Assembly: GCA_002104905.1 (NCBI GenBank)
Contig: MCFE01000688.1
Location: 1-44,926 of the forward strand
From: Basidiobolus meristosporus CBS 931.73
Taxonomy: Eukaryota > Fungi > Basidiobolomycota
DNA length: 44,926 nt
Direction: 5' to 3'
The position numbers and the translations under genes are program-made. The notes under the pieces were generated by a model, which was given only the letters and a program-made list of their open reading frames with translations, ran no database searches and had not been told where the DNA came from. Shown one piece after another: positions 31,650-44,926 of this stretch; position 1 is the first letter of the stretch, and each line of letters begins with the position of its first letter.

Positions 31650-33850
31650 CAATCTGTGTCAGCCATCCCAATCATACAGTAAGGCTGTTATAATGCCTGC
31701 CACTCAGAGCTCTTGACCATCTGTAGAATCTTTGGGGGTGATTGTGCTAGTACTTTGCCACTTTTACAATCAAATGCACTCTCAACTTGAACATGTTGTG
31801 ACAATTCCTTTTCAGGGCTTACATGGCATTTAGATGGATGTAAAGTGGTCTATTTATATCTGAATGGACCTAACTGGTCAATATATTTGGATTGCCTATA
31901 TGGTAAAAAACTTGAGGGTGTTTTGACAGCCTTGATGTGGAAATTTAGTGACATTCTCATGGCAGTACAGCAGCCTACAGCCAGTCCTTTATGATGCTTG
32001 CATACCAGTTTACCATATGGTACTTCATCCTCTACCTTCCCTTGTGCTGCCCAAATATTGCACTGTAAATTCATGCCTCTTCATTTGTGCACCCACTACT
32101 ACCATTTATATTCCACATATTATCTGATTTAAAAAAAGCATGGGCTCCTACTTACCAACCTCTACTTAGATGCACATCTGCCACAGTTAACACACTTTTA
32201 TCACCTCAACTCTATAGTCTTGAGTGTGGCACCTGAAAAGTTGCCATATACCTTGTGATGCTGGTAATATAGGCATTGTAAGTATATGCTTGATTGTTAC
32301 TACCTTTGGAATGAATAAATCTTGAATATCTACATAGTATTTCTTGGTATCTTACCAATATATTGCTTCTCCCTGCTTGTTACCAGTCCCGCATTTAGGT
32401 GTGCCCCGGTACTTGTGTGTGTAAATTGTGTATTAAAGTTGTAGAAATTGGCTTGTATCTAGAGGTGCTTTACATACTTTGGTAAGATTGCCCCTGTAGA
32501 GATTTGTGGATTGTTATGTCTAACACAGCCTTCCCTAACTCAACTTGTTATTCATGCAATGGGGCAGCTGAGCTCTTTACTGCTAAAAGTACAGATATCT
32601 CCATTTGCACACAAATGCTCTATATTTTTCAACACTTCCTGACTGTCCTCAATATGCCAATTCATAGCATCTATCATGGACTTGAAGGTAACATGCATGA
32701 TGACATTAGGATATGACAGTGCTTGCAAATTTACTCATCTCCCTATCTCCTAACATATCCTTTAATGGGTAACTCCCAAAACATGATACAAAAATTGATG
32801 TTCTTTGCTCACCAAGCAAGATAGAATAGCTACTAGATACAGTAGCAGCAGAGGTCTAAACATGCAGATTTATGCTTGCAGTATAACCACACAACTCCCA
32901 TCACAAATTCCTTGCATAAAAGCTGTAGATGATCCACTCCTGCATACATATTACCATAATGTCAACATTTGACTTCAATTCCTCTAATATTTACTGGAAG
33001 GAAATTGCTAGAGAAGACCACTCAAACCAATATATATCCAGCTCATATAATGCTTGCCTTTGGTTTGTTGCATATTCTTATTAATAACTATTGCAGTTTG
33101 TGAGAAGTATTTTGAATAGCAGATACTCTTCTGGCTTGTAACATATGCTTATACAATTAAAGACTACTTTAATACAGTCTGAATGCCATACAAGCCATGC
33201 AAAAAAGACTGTTCAAGTGCTGTCCAGCTGGTTACTCTGTTTTGCACAAAAACAGCAGAACGCAGTCCCAATCCCACCATAAGGTTGTGACTTGAGTCAA
33301 CATTTACAATGTGCTGTCCAAGTAACGTTTTCATTGTAGGATTCTGATGGCTAATATAGATCAGTTCAACCCACACAACCATTTATTTTCATTCTGAGAC
33401 TAAACCTCATAATTGCCAAGAAGAATTGAGGACAAGACAACAGCTATTCTCAAAAAAGGTGGAGGTGTGGCTCTCTGAGCCAGACTCCATTGAAGTAGGC
33501 AAGTTTGTAGGAAAAGTCAATTTGTATACTGCAGCTTCTACATTCTGCTCTGTTTACAAAGCAGAGATCCCTCTGATGGGCAAAACAACAACATCAAGAA
33601 ATCAGAGAACTATAATAATGCTTGCAGTAGAATCTTGCAATATTAATATGCATAGCAAAATTTTGCAGCACCTCTTCATTGACAGTATTTGCTAAATGAC
33701 CTAAATGTTGTAAGGACTTATTGCAGAGACTGCCAGATGAGGTGCTAGACCTTGCAATTGTAGCAGATGCGGACCTATGGGAACCAGTATCTAAACCATG
33801 GCATAAATCCATAGAATTCCTGCCAAAGTCATGAGTGAAGGCAGAAGAAG
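31650..33850 (-). mobile_element. Decayed Ty3/Gypsy pol relic 2 (protease-RT-RNase H-integrase)
   Basis: Minus-strand fragments in canonical Ty3 order: GLDTGSHRS (~33780, protease DTG); NPTMKTLL...VTSWTALEQSFLHGL (RT); KEFVMGVVWLYCKH (RT thumb); LSYPNVIMHVTFKSMIDA and SSKELSCPIA (RNase H); IDQLGPF...IDHFT (~31850, integrase). Confidence 0.65.
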
Positions 33851-36564
33851 ATGTAGGAACTGCACCATATCCAACCAATGTCCATCAGGTAACCCCATCT
33901 GTACCATTACATTTAATTGAGACTATGCTGGCAGGACACAACAGCACAATGATGGTGACAATGAATTGAGTGTTGATTGCTTAGATGCAGTGGTCAAAAG
34001 TCATCAGGAAGCAAGAGAGAGACAAGATGAGCAAGTGTCATATGTAGAATAATTTCTATACAATGTCACTAACATAATAGCATTGATGCAAAGAGGAAAC
34101 TCAAACAGGATTACAACAGCATCAAGTATAGACCCAAATCCCAACTTCTCAGTATATATACACCATAGAGATCTAGAAGCACAATAAAGTTATACCAAGA
34201 TTAGGCCTGTAGTACAGCCAGAGATAGCATGAGGGAGTGAGAGTGTAATATCCATATACTGCCAAGATATCAGAAGAAATTCTAATACAGGAGGTTGTTG
34301 AATGTGGCAATGAAGAGTGGGCTGATATACAGGAGACCATAAGAAAATGACATAAAGTTGCCTAAGGAATGGCATAGATTGGGTCCATCTGCCCCCAAAG
34401 AGAAGCATATGGCACTTAATGAGTTTCATTCACAGTATCCTGGATTCAAGCATGCATACGGGTCCTGGGCTGGTATTGTACTATTCTAAAAATATCTGAA
34501 GATTATTAGATGCTATTGGAGGCAGAAAACCAAGTGATAGCAGCAATGGTATCAATAGTAGAAGGAAAGGCAAAGAGAAAGTAAGGGAAGTCCCTCTAAG
34601 AGGAAATCAGAGAACTGTCTAAGAAACACAATATTTTGTAGTGGCCTATACTTTGATGCAACAAAGCTCCAAATCTCTAGAGAGACAAGAAGAAACACCA
34701 AGAAGATCAAGGGTATTACAGCAGGTGCAGAGACATGGCCCTTTAAGCAATTGCCTGAAGATGCTGAGGAACTTGTGCAGAATCAGGACAAGCCTACTAA
34801 ATGCAGTTGTTTAGAGATCTCACCCACTAACAAAGCAGCACTACTAAAAGATGCAAATTGATCCAAATGACCTTGGTAGATTTTTGTAGGTCAACAATAC
34901 ACGCCATATCACTCCAGAAGACCTTTAATGGAGATGAGAGCGTAAGTGCCTACAATTATGGTGGAGAGTTAATGGAGGAACTAGCTAAAGCACTGCTAAA
35001 TAAAGGAATCCTCAATGCACCAGAATGCATGGGAATGAGTGAATAATAGCTGGCACAAGACTGTTTGGACACAACCAAACAATTGGAGAATAGATGCTTG
35101 CAATGAACACTACTTGAATGGTGGGTTTTAATGGGACAACTGATACAGTGTAAGATTGGGGAAGGGCATGATAGAGCTATTGGACTTATGTACTAGTCCA
35201 TACATAAAGATATTGAGAAACAACTGAGGATTGTGACAAAATAAGCTATGAGCATACAGGAATATTGAGGGAGTAATAAGAGCTCAAGAAGCAGGAGCAT
35301 GACCAATATAAGATGACCAATGAATGAGCAGTAATAGTAGCAGAATAATGAGAGTGCACAATCAGGAAGTAAGAGACAAGAATGATAACCAATCAATGAA
35401 GATATGAAGGGTAATAGATAGTCAGAATATGACTTAGTTTTCACCATAATTTGGGTGCAATTCTTTTCTAGCAGATTGTATATGGGATCCTTGTAGATAT
35501 ATGACCCCTCACTTATGTGATATTAATTTGGCAATGGCCTTTTGGTAGGATTGTTACTCAGACTTCCAATAGGGTGTTCCTTGGCAAGTAGTGCACCATT
35601 GCCACCTTGATGCATCTACAGCTACTATGTGAGGACTTTGTAGTAAGATACAACCAGGTCTTTTACAGGCACAGGTCATAATATGCATACTATTGCAACT
35701 ATAGTATCCATTCTCTGTTATGCCTGGCAAAGCGTGTGCAGACTATAGGGCCACAATTTACATTCTGCAAGTTTCCAATGGAGTGGATGTGTGGGGAGAT
35801 GGGAAGAAGGGCTAAATTGCAAGCAATTTCATATACAAAGCTGATCAAAAATATAACATCAACATCTGTAATAGATGTGATGAGTTGTCATGTAGAGTAT
35901 TCTGAAGAAGTAATGAAAGAAAATGAACACAGGTGCACACATGGAGACATATATGGAATTAGGACAACAAAGACAAGTCTGCCAACAGCATGTACAACAG
36001 GTTAACACTACACCTTTTGGTATGATATCCACCAGAAGGAAAGAGAAAAACAAACAGGTGGGGGACTAATGTCCAGCAAGCAGAAGGAAAGAAATGACTG
36101 AAAACCATCTGGTACTTTGTGGATATCAAAGAGCTGATAATAGCAAAGGTGGCCAACATATTGCATATGTAAAGGCAAATTCAGAAAACCCAATAGTATT
36201 ATTTTATTCAAACTATATGTGGAGAACCCATGGAATGATGGGCAAAATAAACAGGCAATCTGTTTATAACAGAATATGCTTCTAGTAAAATGGGTTGGGT
36301 TGTTCTTTTGCCTTTCTTAGACTCATTGCTGCTTTAAGAAGATTGCTTCTTTTCACAATAGCTGTTTTATGGTAGAGCCTCTTGCATACAACTGACAGCA
36401 CCATTGCCCATGCCCAAGTATTGTGATAATATGGCTCAAAAAGGTTTTAGCCTTATTTTCCTTGCTTAAAGCCACCTGTAGTATTAATGACCACAAATCT
36501 GCATTATGTGCCATTGTAAGGATTTAATTGGTAGGAAAGTCCTTTGGCACTTGTTAAGACATGA

Positions 36565-37064
36565 TTGGATTGTTCTGACCTATGCATAAATATTCTGCTG
36601 CCAAAATTAATATCTCAAAGGTTACAACAGAAGTTTTCATACTTAACAGCATCTGGAAAGTACTTGTGGGACATTCATGATTCCAGCCAGTCATTTATGG
36701 CACTGCCAAATATAAGCATCTATACACTCAGATTCAAACTGGTGAGGATTATTTGGCTTCCAGAATGAATGACATGGAGCAGGCTTGGTAAGCAAAATAT
36801 TGGACCAGCAGCACTTTGCCATTCCAAGGAGTATTTCCTGACAAGAATGGTATTAGAAATATCTTGGATGCTGTTCCAATCAGGATTAGAAGGCCCAAAA
36901 GAAGCCAAAGAGACTTTTTTCTGGCCAGGTACAAAAACCACCATGTAAGACTCCAGGCATTACATGACTATGAAGGAAATATCATAACAATTGATGAGCT
37001 ATACATGGGAAAGCATCCGGACATGCAGCTAAGGGTGAGAAGCCTAGCACCATTTCAGCAATAA
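36565..37064 (+). mobile_element. PIF/Harbinger-type (DDE_Tnp_4-like) transposase relic
   Basis: ORF 36816-37064 reads IRNILDAVPIRIRRPKRSQRDFFLARYKNHHVRLQALHDYEGNIITIDELYMGKHPD, matching the family pattern IDxxxIxIxRP...Y..K..H.v.xQ...D..G.I......G...D. The upstream fragment ends IWLPE; the gene is broken. Confidence 0.75.
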
Positions 37065-37299
37065 TCACAGCCTAAGACCTATGTATATGAGTAAGCATGA
37101 ATATCTAGTCTTGAACTTGATAATTACAACACGCATGGCCTAGAGCCAGCTTTAGTTCACTATCTACTTACATCCTAGCTTACAAAAGACTTATTTGATA
37201 TAATGGTAAATCTTCTACTTGCTCCATAAAATCTCCAGAGTACTGCATGTATTTAATCTTGGGTGCTTTGGCATACTTGAATTCTTGCATAAAAGCTCA

Positions 37300-40200
37300 C
37301 ATCTAGGGCCTAGGTCAGGATCACAAAGCTGACATCTAAGATTTGAGTCAAGGTGTTGATAGTCAAGATATAGAACCTGTGTCAAGGTGATGAAGGTTGA
37401 GATCCAGGATGTGGGTCAAGGTGCAAAACAGAGATCTAGGACCTGGGTAACGGCAGTGAAAGCTGAGATCCAGGACCTGGGTCAAGGTGTTGAGAGATAA
37501 GATCCAGGATGTGGGCCAATGTGAGGAAAGCAGAGATCTAGGACCTGGGCAATGATGATGAAAGCTGAGATATAGAACCTGGGTCATGGTGATGGGAGTG
37601 GAGATCCAGGATGTGGGTAAAGGTCAAGAAAGTAGAGAATTAGGACCTGGGGAATTGTGATGTAAGCTGAGATCTAGGACCTGGGCTAAGGGGATGGTGA
37701 TGATAGTCAAAGTCTAGGACCTGGATCAAGGTGATGAAATCTGAGATGCAGGATGGTGGTCAAGGTGAAGAAAGTAGAGATCTAGGACTGAGGTCAAGGT
37801 GAAGAAAGCAGAGATCTAGGACTGCAGTCAAGATGAAGTAAATTAGATCTAGGATGTTGTTAAGGTGAAGTAAGTAGAGATGTAGGGCCTGTGTAAGGGT
37901 GATGAAAGTTGAGTTCTAGGGCCTGAATCAAGGTTATGAATGTTGAGCACTAGGTCCTGGATTATGGTGATTAATGTTGAGATCTATGACCTAAGTTATG
38001 GTGATGAAAGTTGATACCTAGGGCTTTTGTATACAGTAATGACAGCTGAGATTTAGGACCAGGTTAAGGTTATGAAAGTTGAGATATAGGACCTGGATTA
38101 TGGTGATTAATGTTGAAATCTATGACCTAAGTTATGGTGATGAAAGTCAATACCTAGGGCTTGCATATATGGTGATGATGGTTGATATCAAGGACCAGGC
38201 TAAGGTGATGAAAGTTGAGATCTAGGACCTAGGTAATCGTGATGAAAGTTGAGATCTAGGACCTGGGTAATAGAGATAATGGTTGAGATCAACAACCTGG
38301 GATAAGGTGATGAAAGTTGAGATCTAGGACCTGGGTAATGGTGATGAAAGTTGGGATCTAGGACATGGATAATGGTTGTGAAAGCTGAGATCTAGGACCT
38401 GGGTAAGAGTAATGGAAATTGAGATCTAGAACCTCGGTGATTGTGATGAAAGTTGAGATTTAGGACCTGGGCTGAATTGATGAAAGTTGGGATCTAGGAC
38501 CTGGGTAATAGTGATGAAGGTTCAGATCTATGACCAAGTAATACTGATGAATGTTCAGATCTAGGACCTGAGCTAAGGTGATGAAAGTTGAAATCTAGGA
38601 CCTGGGTAATGGTGATGAAAGTTGAGATCTAGGACCTGGGTAATGGTGATGAAAGTTGAGATCTAGGACCTGGGTAATGGTGATGAAAGTTGAGATCTAG
38701 GACGTGGGTAATGGTGATGAAAATTAAGATCTGTAACCTAGGTGATTTTGTTGAAAGTTGAGATTGAGGACCTGGGCTCAGGTGATGAAAGTTGAGATCT
38801 ATGACCTAGGTGATAGTGCTGAAAGTTAAGATCCACAACCTGGGTTATAGAGATCATAGCTGAGATCTCAGACATGGGTAATGGTTATGAAAGTTGAGAT
38901 CTAGGACCTGGGTAACAGTGATGAAGGTTGAGATCTAGGACCTGGGTAATACTGATGAAAGTTGAGATCTAGGACCTGGGCTAAGGTGATGAAAGTTGAG
39001 ATCTAGGACTTGGGCTAAGGTGATGAAAGCTTAGATCTAGGACCTGGGTGATACTGATGAAAATTGAGATCTTGGACCTGGGCTAAGGTGATGAAAGTTG
39101 AGATCTAGGACTTGGGCTAAGGTGATGAAAGCTTAGATCTAGGACCTGGGTGATACTGATGAAAATTGAGATCTTGGACCTGGGCTAAGGTGATGAAAGT
39201 TGAGATCCATGACCTAGGTAGTGGTGATGAAAGTTAAGATCAACAACATGGGTAATAGAGATGATAGTTGGGATCTAGAACATGGGTAACGGTGGTGAAA
39301 GTTGAGATCTAGGACCTGGGCTAAGGTGATGAAAGTTAAGATCTAGGACCTAGGTAATAGTGATGAAGGTTGAGATCTAGGACCTGGGTGATACTGATGA
39401 AAGTTGAGATCTAGGACCTGGGCTAAGGTGATGAAAGTTGAGATTTAGGACCTGGTTAACGGATAGAAAAGTTGAAATTTAGGACCTGCACCAAGATGAT
39501 GAATGTTGAAATCTATGACCTGGGCCAAGGTGATGAATGTTGAGATTAAAGACCTGGGTTAAGGTGATGGAAAATGAGATCTAGGCCATGGGCTAAGGTG
39601 CAGAAAGTTAAGCTCTATGACCTGTATAATGGGAAGAAAGTTGAGATCTAGGACCTGTTCAAAGGTAATTATAGTTGAAATCTAGGACCTGGGTCATGGT
39701 GATGAGTTTTGAGATCAAGGACCTGTTCCAAGGTAATCACAGTTGAGATCTAGGACCTGGGGCACGGTGATGAATGTTGACATCAAGGACCTGGGCCAAG
39801 GTGATGAAAATTGAGATCTAGTATCTGGGTAATGGTAATAAAAGTTGAGTTCTAGGACCTTAGTATTGGCAATGAAAGTTGAGATCTAGGACCTTACTGA
39901 TGATGAAAGTTGAGATCTAGAACCTGGACTAAGGTGATGAAAGTTGAGATATAGGAAGTTAGTAATGGATGTGAAAGTTGAGTTCTAGGACCTGCGCCAA
40001 GCAGATAACAGCTGAGATCTAGGACCTCAATCATGGTTAAAATAGCTGAGATCTAGGATCTGGGAATTGGTGATGAAAGTTAAGACCCAAGAGCTGGGTT
40101 CTGGATATGAATACTGGGATCTTAAAACTAGGGATCAGGGTATCATAATTGAGATCCAAGATCTGGGTCAAGGTGTTGAAACCTGAGTTATGGTTTAGGG

Positions 40201-43200
40201 TGACAAAAGATGAGATTTAGCACCAGGGCTAAGGTGATAAGAGTTCAGATTAAGGACCTGGGCCAAGGTGATGAATGTTGAGATCTAGGACCTGGGCTAA
40301 GGTGATAAGAGTTCAGATTCAGGACCTGGGCCAAGGTGATGAATGTTGAAGTTTAGGGCCTGTGCCAAGGTGATGAATGTTGAGATTAAAGACCTGGGTT
40401 AAGGTGATTAAAGTTAAGATCTAAGACCTGGGCTAAGGTGATGAAAGTTAAGATTGAGGACCTGGGCTAAGGTGATGGAAAATGAGATCTAGGACCTGGG
40501 CCAAGGTGATGAAAGTTGAGATCTAGGTCCTGGATAATGGTGATGAAAGTTGAGATCTACGACCTGGTCTAAGGTGATGAAAGTTGGGATCTAGGGCTGG
40601 GCCAAGGTGATGAAAGTTGAGATCTAGGACCTGGGTAACAGTGATGAAAGTTGATATTGAGGACCTAGGCTATGGTGATGAAGGTTAAGATCTATGACCT
40701 GTGTAATTATGATGAATGTTGCGATATAGGACCTGGGCCAAGGTGATGAAAGTTGAGATCTAGGACCTGGGCCAAGGTGATTAAAGTTGAAATCTAGGAC
40801 CTGCACCAAGGTGATGAATGTTGAAATCTAGGACCTGGGCTAAGGTGATGAATGTTGAGATTAAGGACCTGGGTTAAGATGATGGAAAACAAGATCTAGG
40901 CCATGGGCTAAGGTGCAGAAAGCTGAGATCTATGACCTGTGTAATGGTGAAGAAAGTTGAGATCTAGGACCTGTTCAAAGGTAATTAAAGTTGAAATCTA
41001 GGACCTGGGTCATGGTGATGAGTTTTGAGATCAAGGACCTGTTCCAAGGTAATCAAAGTTGAAATCTAGGACCTGGGTCATGGTGATGAATTTTGAGATC
41101 ACGGACCTGGGTCATGGTGATGAATGTTGAGATCAGGGACCTTGGCCAAGGTGATGAAAATTGCGATCTAGTATCTGGGTAATAGTAATAAAAGTTGAGT
41201 TCTAGGACCTTAGTATTGGCAATGAAAGTTGAGATCTAGGACCTTACTGATGATGAAAGTTGAGATCTAGAACCTGGACTAAGGTGATGAAAGTTGAGAT
41301 CTAGGAAGTCAGTAGTGGATGTGAAAGTTGACTTCTAGGACCTGGGCCAAGGTGATGAATGTTGAAGTTTAGGGCCTGCATCAAGGTGATGAATGTTGAG
41401 ATTAAAGACTTAGGTTAAGGTGATTAAAGTTGAGATCTAAGACCTGGGCTAAGGTGATGAAAGTTAAGATTGAGGACCTGGGCTAAGGTGATGGAAAATG
41501 GGATCTAGGACCTGGGCCAAGGTGATGAAAGTAGAAATCTAGGACCTGGGTAATGGTGATGAAAGTTGAGATCCAGGACCTGGGCCAAGGTAATGAGTGT
41601 TGAAGTTTAGGACCTGGGCCAAGGTGATGAAAGTTGAGATCTAGGACCTGGGCCCAGGTGATGAAAGTTGAGATCTAGGACCTGGGCCAAGGTGATGAAA
41701 GTTGAGATCTAGGACCTAGGTAACGGTGATGAAAGTTGATATTGAGGACCTAGGCTATGGTGATGAAGGTTAAGATCTATGACCTGGGTAATAATGATGA
41801 CTGTTGAGATCTAGGACCTGGGCCAAGGTGATGAAAGTTGAGATCTAGAGCCTGAGCCAAGGTGATGAAAGTTGAGATCTAGGACCTGGGTAATAGTGAT
41901 GAAAGTTGAGATCCAGGACCTGGGCCAAGGTAATGAATGTTGAAGTTTAGGACCTGGGCCAAGGTGATGAAAGCTGAGATCTAGGACTTGGGTAATGGTA
42001 ATGAAAGTTGAGATCTAGGACCTGGGCCAAGGTGATGAAAGTTGAGATCTAGGACCTGGGTAACGGTGATGAAAGTTGATATTGAGGACCTAGGCTATGG
42101 TGATGAAGGTTAAGATCTATGACCTGTGTAATAATTGTGAATGTTCAGATATAGGACCTGGGCCAAGGTGATGAAAGTTGAGATCTAGGACCTGAGCTAA
42201 GATGAGGAAAGTTGAGATCTAAGACCTTGGCAATGGTGATGAAAGTTGAGATTCAGGACCTGGGCCTAGGTAATGAATGTTGAAGTTTACGACCTGGGCC
42301 AAGGTGATGAAAGTTGAGATCTAGGACCTGGGTAATGGTGATGAAAGTTGAGATCTAGGACCTGGGTAATGGTGATGAAAGTTGAGATCTAGGACCAGGG
42401 CCAAGGTAATGATTGTTGAATTTACCACCTGGGCCAAGGTGATGAAAGTTGAGATCTAGGACCTGGGTAAAGGTGATGAAAGTTGAGAGTGAGGACCTGG
42501 GCTAAGGTGATGAATGTTGAGAGTGAGGACCTGGGCCAAGGTGATGAAAGTTGAGATCTAGGACCTGGGCCAAGGTGATTAAAGTTGAAATCTAGGAACT
42601 GCACCAAGGTGATGAATGTTGAAATCTAGGACCTGGGCTAAGGTGATGAATGTTGAGATTAAGGACCTGGGTTAAGATGATGGAAAACAAAATCTAGGCC
42701 ATGGGCTAAGGTGCAGAAAGTTGAGATCTATGACCTGTGTAATGGTGAAGAAAGTTGAGATCTAGGACCTGTTCAAAGGTAATTAAAGTTGAAATCTAGG
42801 ACCTGGGTCATGGTGATGAGTTTTGAGATCAAGGACCTGTTCCAAGGTAATCAAAGTTGAAATCTAGGACCGGGGTCATGGTGATGAATTTTGAGATCAC
42901 GGACCTGGGTCATGGTGATGAATGTTGAGATCAGGGACCTTGGCCAAGGTGATGAAAATTGCGATCTAGTATCTGGGTAATGGTAATATAAGTTGAGTTC
43001 TAGGACCTTAGTATTGGCAATGAAAGTTGAGATCTAGGACCTTACTGATGATGAAAGTTGAGATCTAGAACCTGGACTAAGGTGATGAAAGTTGAGATCT
43101 AGGAAGTCAGTAGTGGATGTGAAAGTTGACTTCTAGGACCTGGGCCAAGGTGATGAATGTTAAAGTTCAGGGCCTGCATCAAGGTGATGAATGTTGAGAT

Positions 43201-44926
43201 TAAAGACTTAGGTTAAGGTGATTAAAGTTGAGATCTAAGACCTGGGCTAAGGTGATGAAAGTTAAGATTGAGGACCTAGGCTAAGGTGATGGAAAATGGG
43301 ATCTAGGACCTGGGCCAAGGTGATGAAAGTAGAAATCTAGGACCTGGGTAATGGTGATGAAAGTTGAGATCCAGGACCTGGGCCAAGGTAATGAGTGTTG
43401 AAGTTTAGGACCTGGGCCAAGGTGATGAAAGTTGAGATCTAGGACCTGGGCCCAGGTGATGAAAGTTGAGATCTAGGACCTGGGCCAAGGTGATGAAAGT
43501 TGAGATCCAGGACCTGGGTAATGGTGATGAAAGTTGATATTGAGGACCTAGGCTATGGTGATGAAGGTTAAGATCTATGACCTGGGTAATAATGATGACT
43601 GTTGAGATCTAGGACCTGGGCCAAGGTGATGAAAGTTGAGATCTAGAGCCTGAGCCAAGGTGATGAAAGTTGAGATCTAGGACCTGGGTAATAGTGATGA
43701 AAGTTGAGATCCAGGACCTGGGCCAAGGTAATGAATGTTGAAGTTTAGGACCTGGGCCAAGGTGATGAAAGTTGAGATCTAGGACCTGGGCCCAGGTGAT
43801 GAAAGTTGAGATCTAGGACCTGGGCCAAGGTGATGAAAGTTGAGATCTAGGACCTGGGTAACGGTGATGAAAGTTGATATTGAGGACCTAGGCTATGGTG
43901 ATGAAGGTTAAGATCTATGACCTGTGTAATAATTGTGAATGTTGAGATATAGGACCTGGGCCAAGGTGATGAAAGTTGAGATCTAGGACCTGAGCTAAGA
44001 TGAGGAAAGTTGAGATCTAAGACCTTGGCAATGGTGATGAAAGTTGAGATTCAGGACCTGGGCCTAGGTAATGAATGTTGAAGTTTACGACCTGGGCCAA
44101 GGTGATGAAAGTTGAGATCTAGGACCTGGGTAATGGTGATGAAAGTTGAGATCTAGGACCTGGGTAAAGGTGATGAAAGCTGAGAGTGAGGACCTGGGCT
44201 AAGGTGATGAATGTTGAGAGTGAGGACCTGGGCCAAGGTGATGAAAGTTGAGATCTAGGACCTGGGCTAAGGTGATAAAAGTTGAAATCTAGGAACTGCA
44301 CCAAGGTGATGAATGTTGAAATCTAGGACCTGGGCTAAGGTGATGAATGTTGAGATTAAGGACCTGGGTTAAGATGATGGAAAACAAAATCTGGGCCATG
44401 GGCTAAGGTGCAGAAAGTTGAGATCTATGACCTGTGTAATGGTGAAGAAAGTTGAGATCTAGGACCTGTTCAAAGGTAATTAAAGTTGAAATCTAGGACC
44501 TGGGTCATGGTGACGAGTTTTGAGATCAAGGACCTGTTCCAAGGTAATCAAAGTTGAAATCTAGGACCGGGGTCATGGTGATGAATTTTGAGATCACGGA
44601 CCTGGGTCATGGTGATGAATGTTGAGATCAGGGACCTTGGCCAAGGTGATGAAAATTGCGATCTAGTATCTGGGTAATGGTAATATAAGTTGAGTTCTAG
44701 GACCTTAGTATTGGCAATGAAAGTTGAGATCTAGGACCTTACTGATGATGAAAGTTGAGATCTAGAACCTGGACTAAGGTGATGAAAGTTGAGATCTATG
44801 AAGTCAGTAGTGGATGTGAAAGTTGACTTCTAGGACCTGGGCCAAGGTGATGAATGTTGAAGTTCAGGGCCTGCATCAAGGTGATGAATGTTGAGATTAA
44901 AGACTTAGGTTAAGGTGATTAAAGTT
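37300..44926. repeat. 34-bp satellite, consensus GGTGATGAAAGTTGAGATCTAGGACCTGGG(CCAA/TAAT/CTAA), ~220 monomers, running off the window end
   Basis: Period read directly (e.g. 38611-38644, next unit at 38645). Degenerate at the left edge and more homogeneous rightwards, with a higher-order period of 1798 and 1697 bp. Confidence 0.97.

Noticed and set aside
36094-36285. GGQHIAYVKA resembling a ubiquitin-specific protease His-box
   Set aside because: Single short motif lacking the catalytic spacing, in heavily decayed DNA; unsupported without a profile search.
37300-44926. CRISPR array or repeat-protein gene (track ORFs such as MVQFLDFNFNHLGPGPRSQLSSPWPRS)
   Set aside because: The 34-bp units abut directly with no unique spacers and no cas genes are present. 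34 is not a multiple of 3, so the short ORFs are frame-cycling artefacts.
1-44926. rRNA, tRNA or a dedicated RiPP-modifying enzyme
   Set aside because: No recognisable rRNA or tRNA sequence, and no ORF long enough or with motifs of a tailoring enzyme; any RiPP interpretation needs enzymes encoded elsewhere.

Overview
Eukaryotic DNA, most likely fungal. The evidence for that is a 70-nt intron with GTATGT / TACTAAC / TAG signals; the repeat-bloated layout would fit a large-genome fungus such as an entomophthoralean, but the sequence alone cannot establish this. There are four zones. (1) 1-5150: CpG-depleted decayed transposon DNA. (2) ~5160-27850: a CpG-retaining ~22-kb tandem array in birth-and-death evolution. 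Its core is a family of intronless minus-strand genes for secreted precursors: signal peptide, acidic propeptide, then a 42-48-aa cationic Gly/Tyr/Arg/Trp-rich peptide ending GGCDWGC. Four copies are intact, two are signal-less chimeras and about eleven are pseudogenes or relics. Most are paired tail-to-tail with a second, plus-strand small secreted-protein gene; it has 10 copies, and only the intron-containing copy at 21848-22274 is intact. An orphan 330-aa ORF (possible endogenous viral nucleoprotein, unproven) sits at the junction of a segmental duplication inside the array. (3) ~27850-37300: CpG-depleted relics of two Ty3/Gypsy pol genes and a PIF/Harbinger-type transposase. (4) ~37300 to the window end: a 34-bp satellite with a 1.7-1.8-kb higher-order repeat. 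All homology statements come from manual translation and motif recognition, not database searches.
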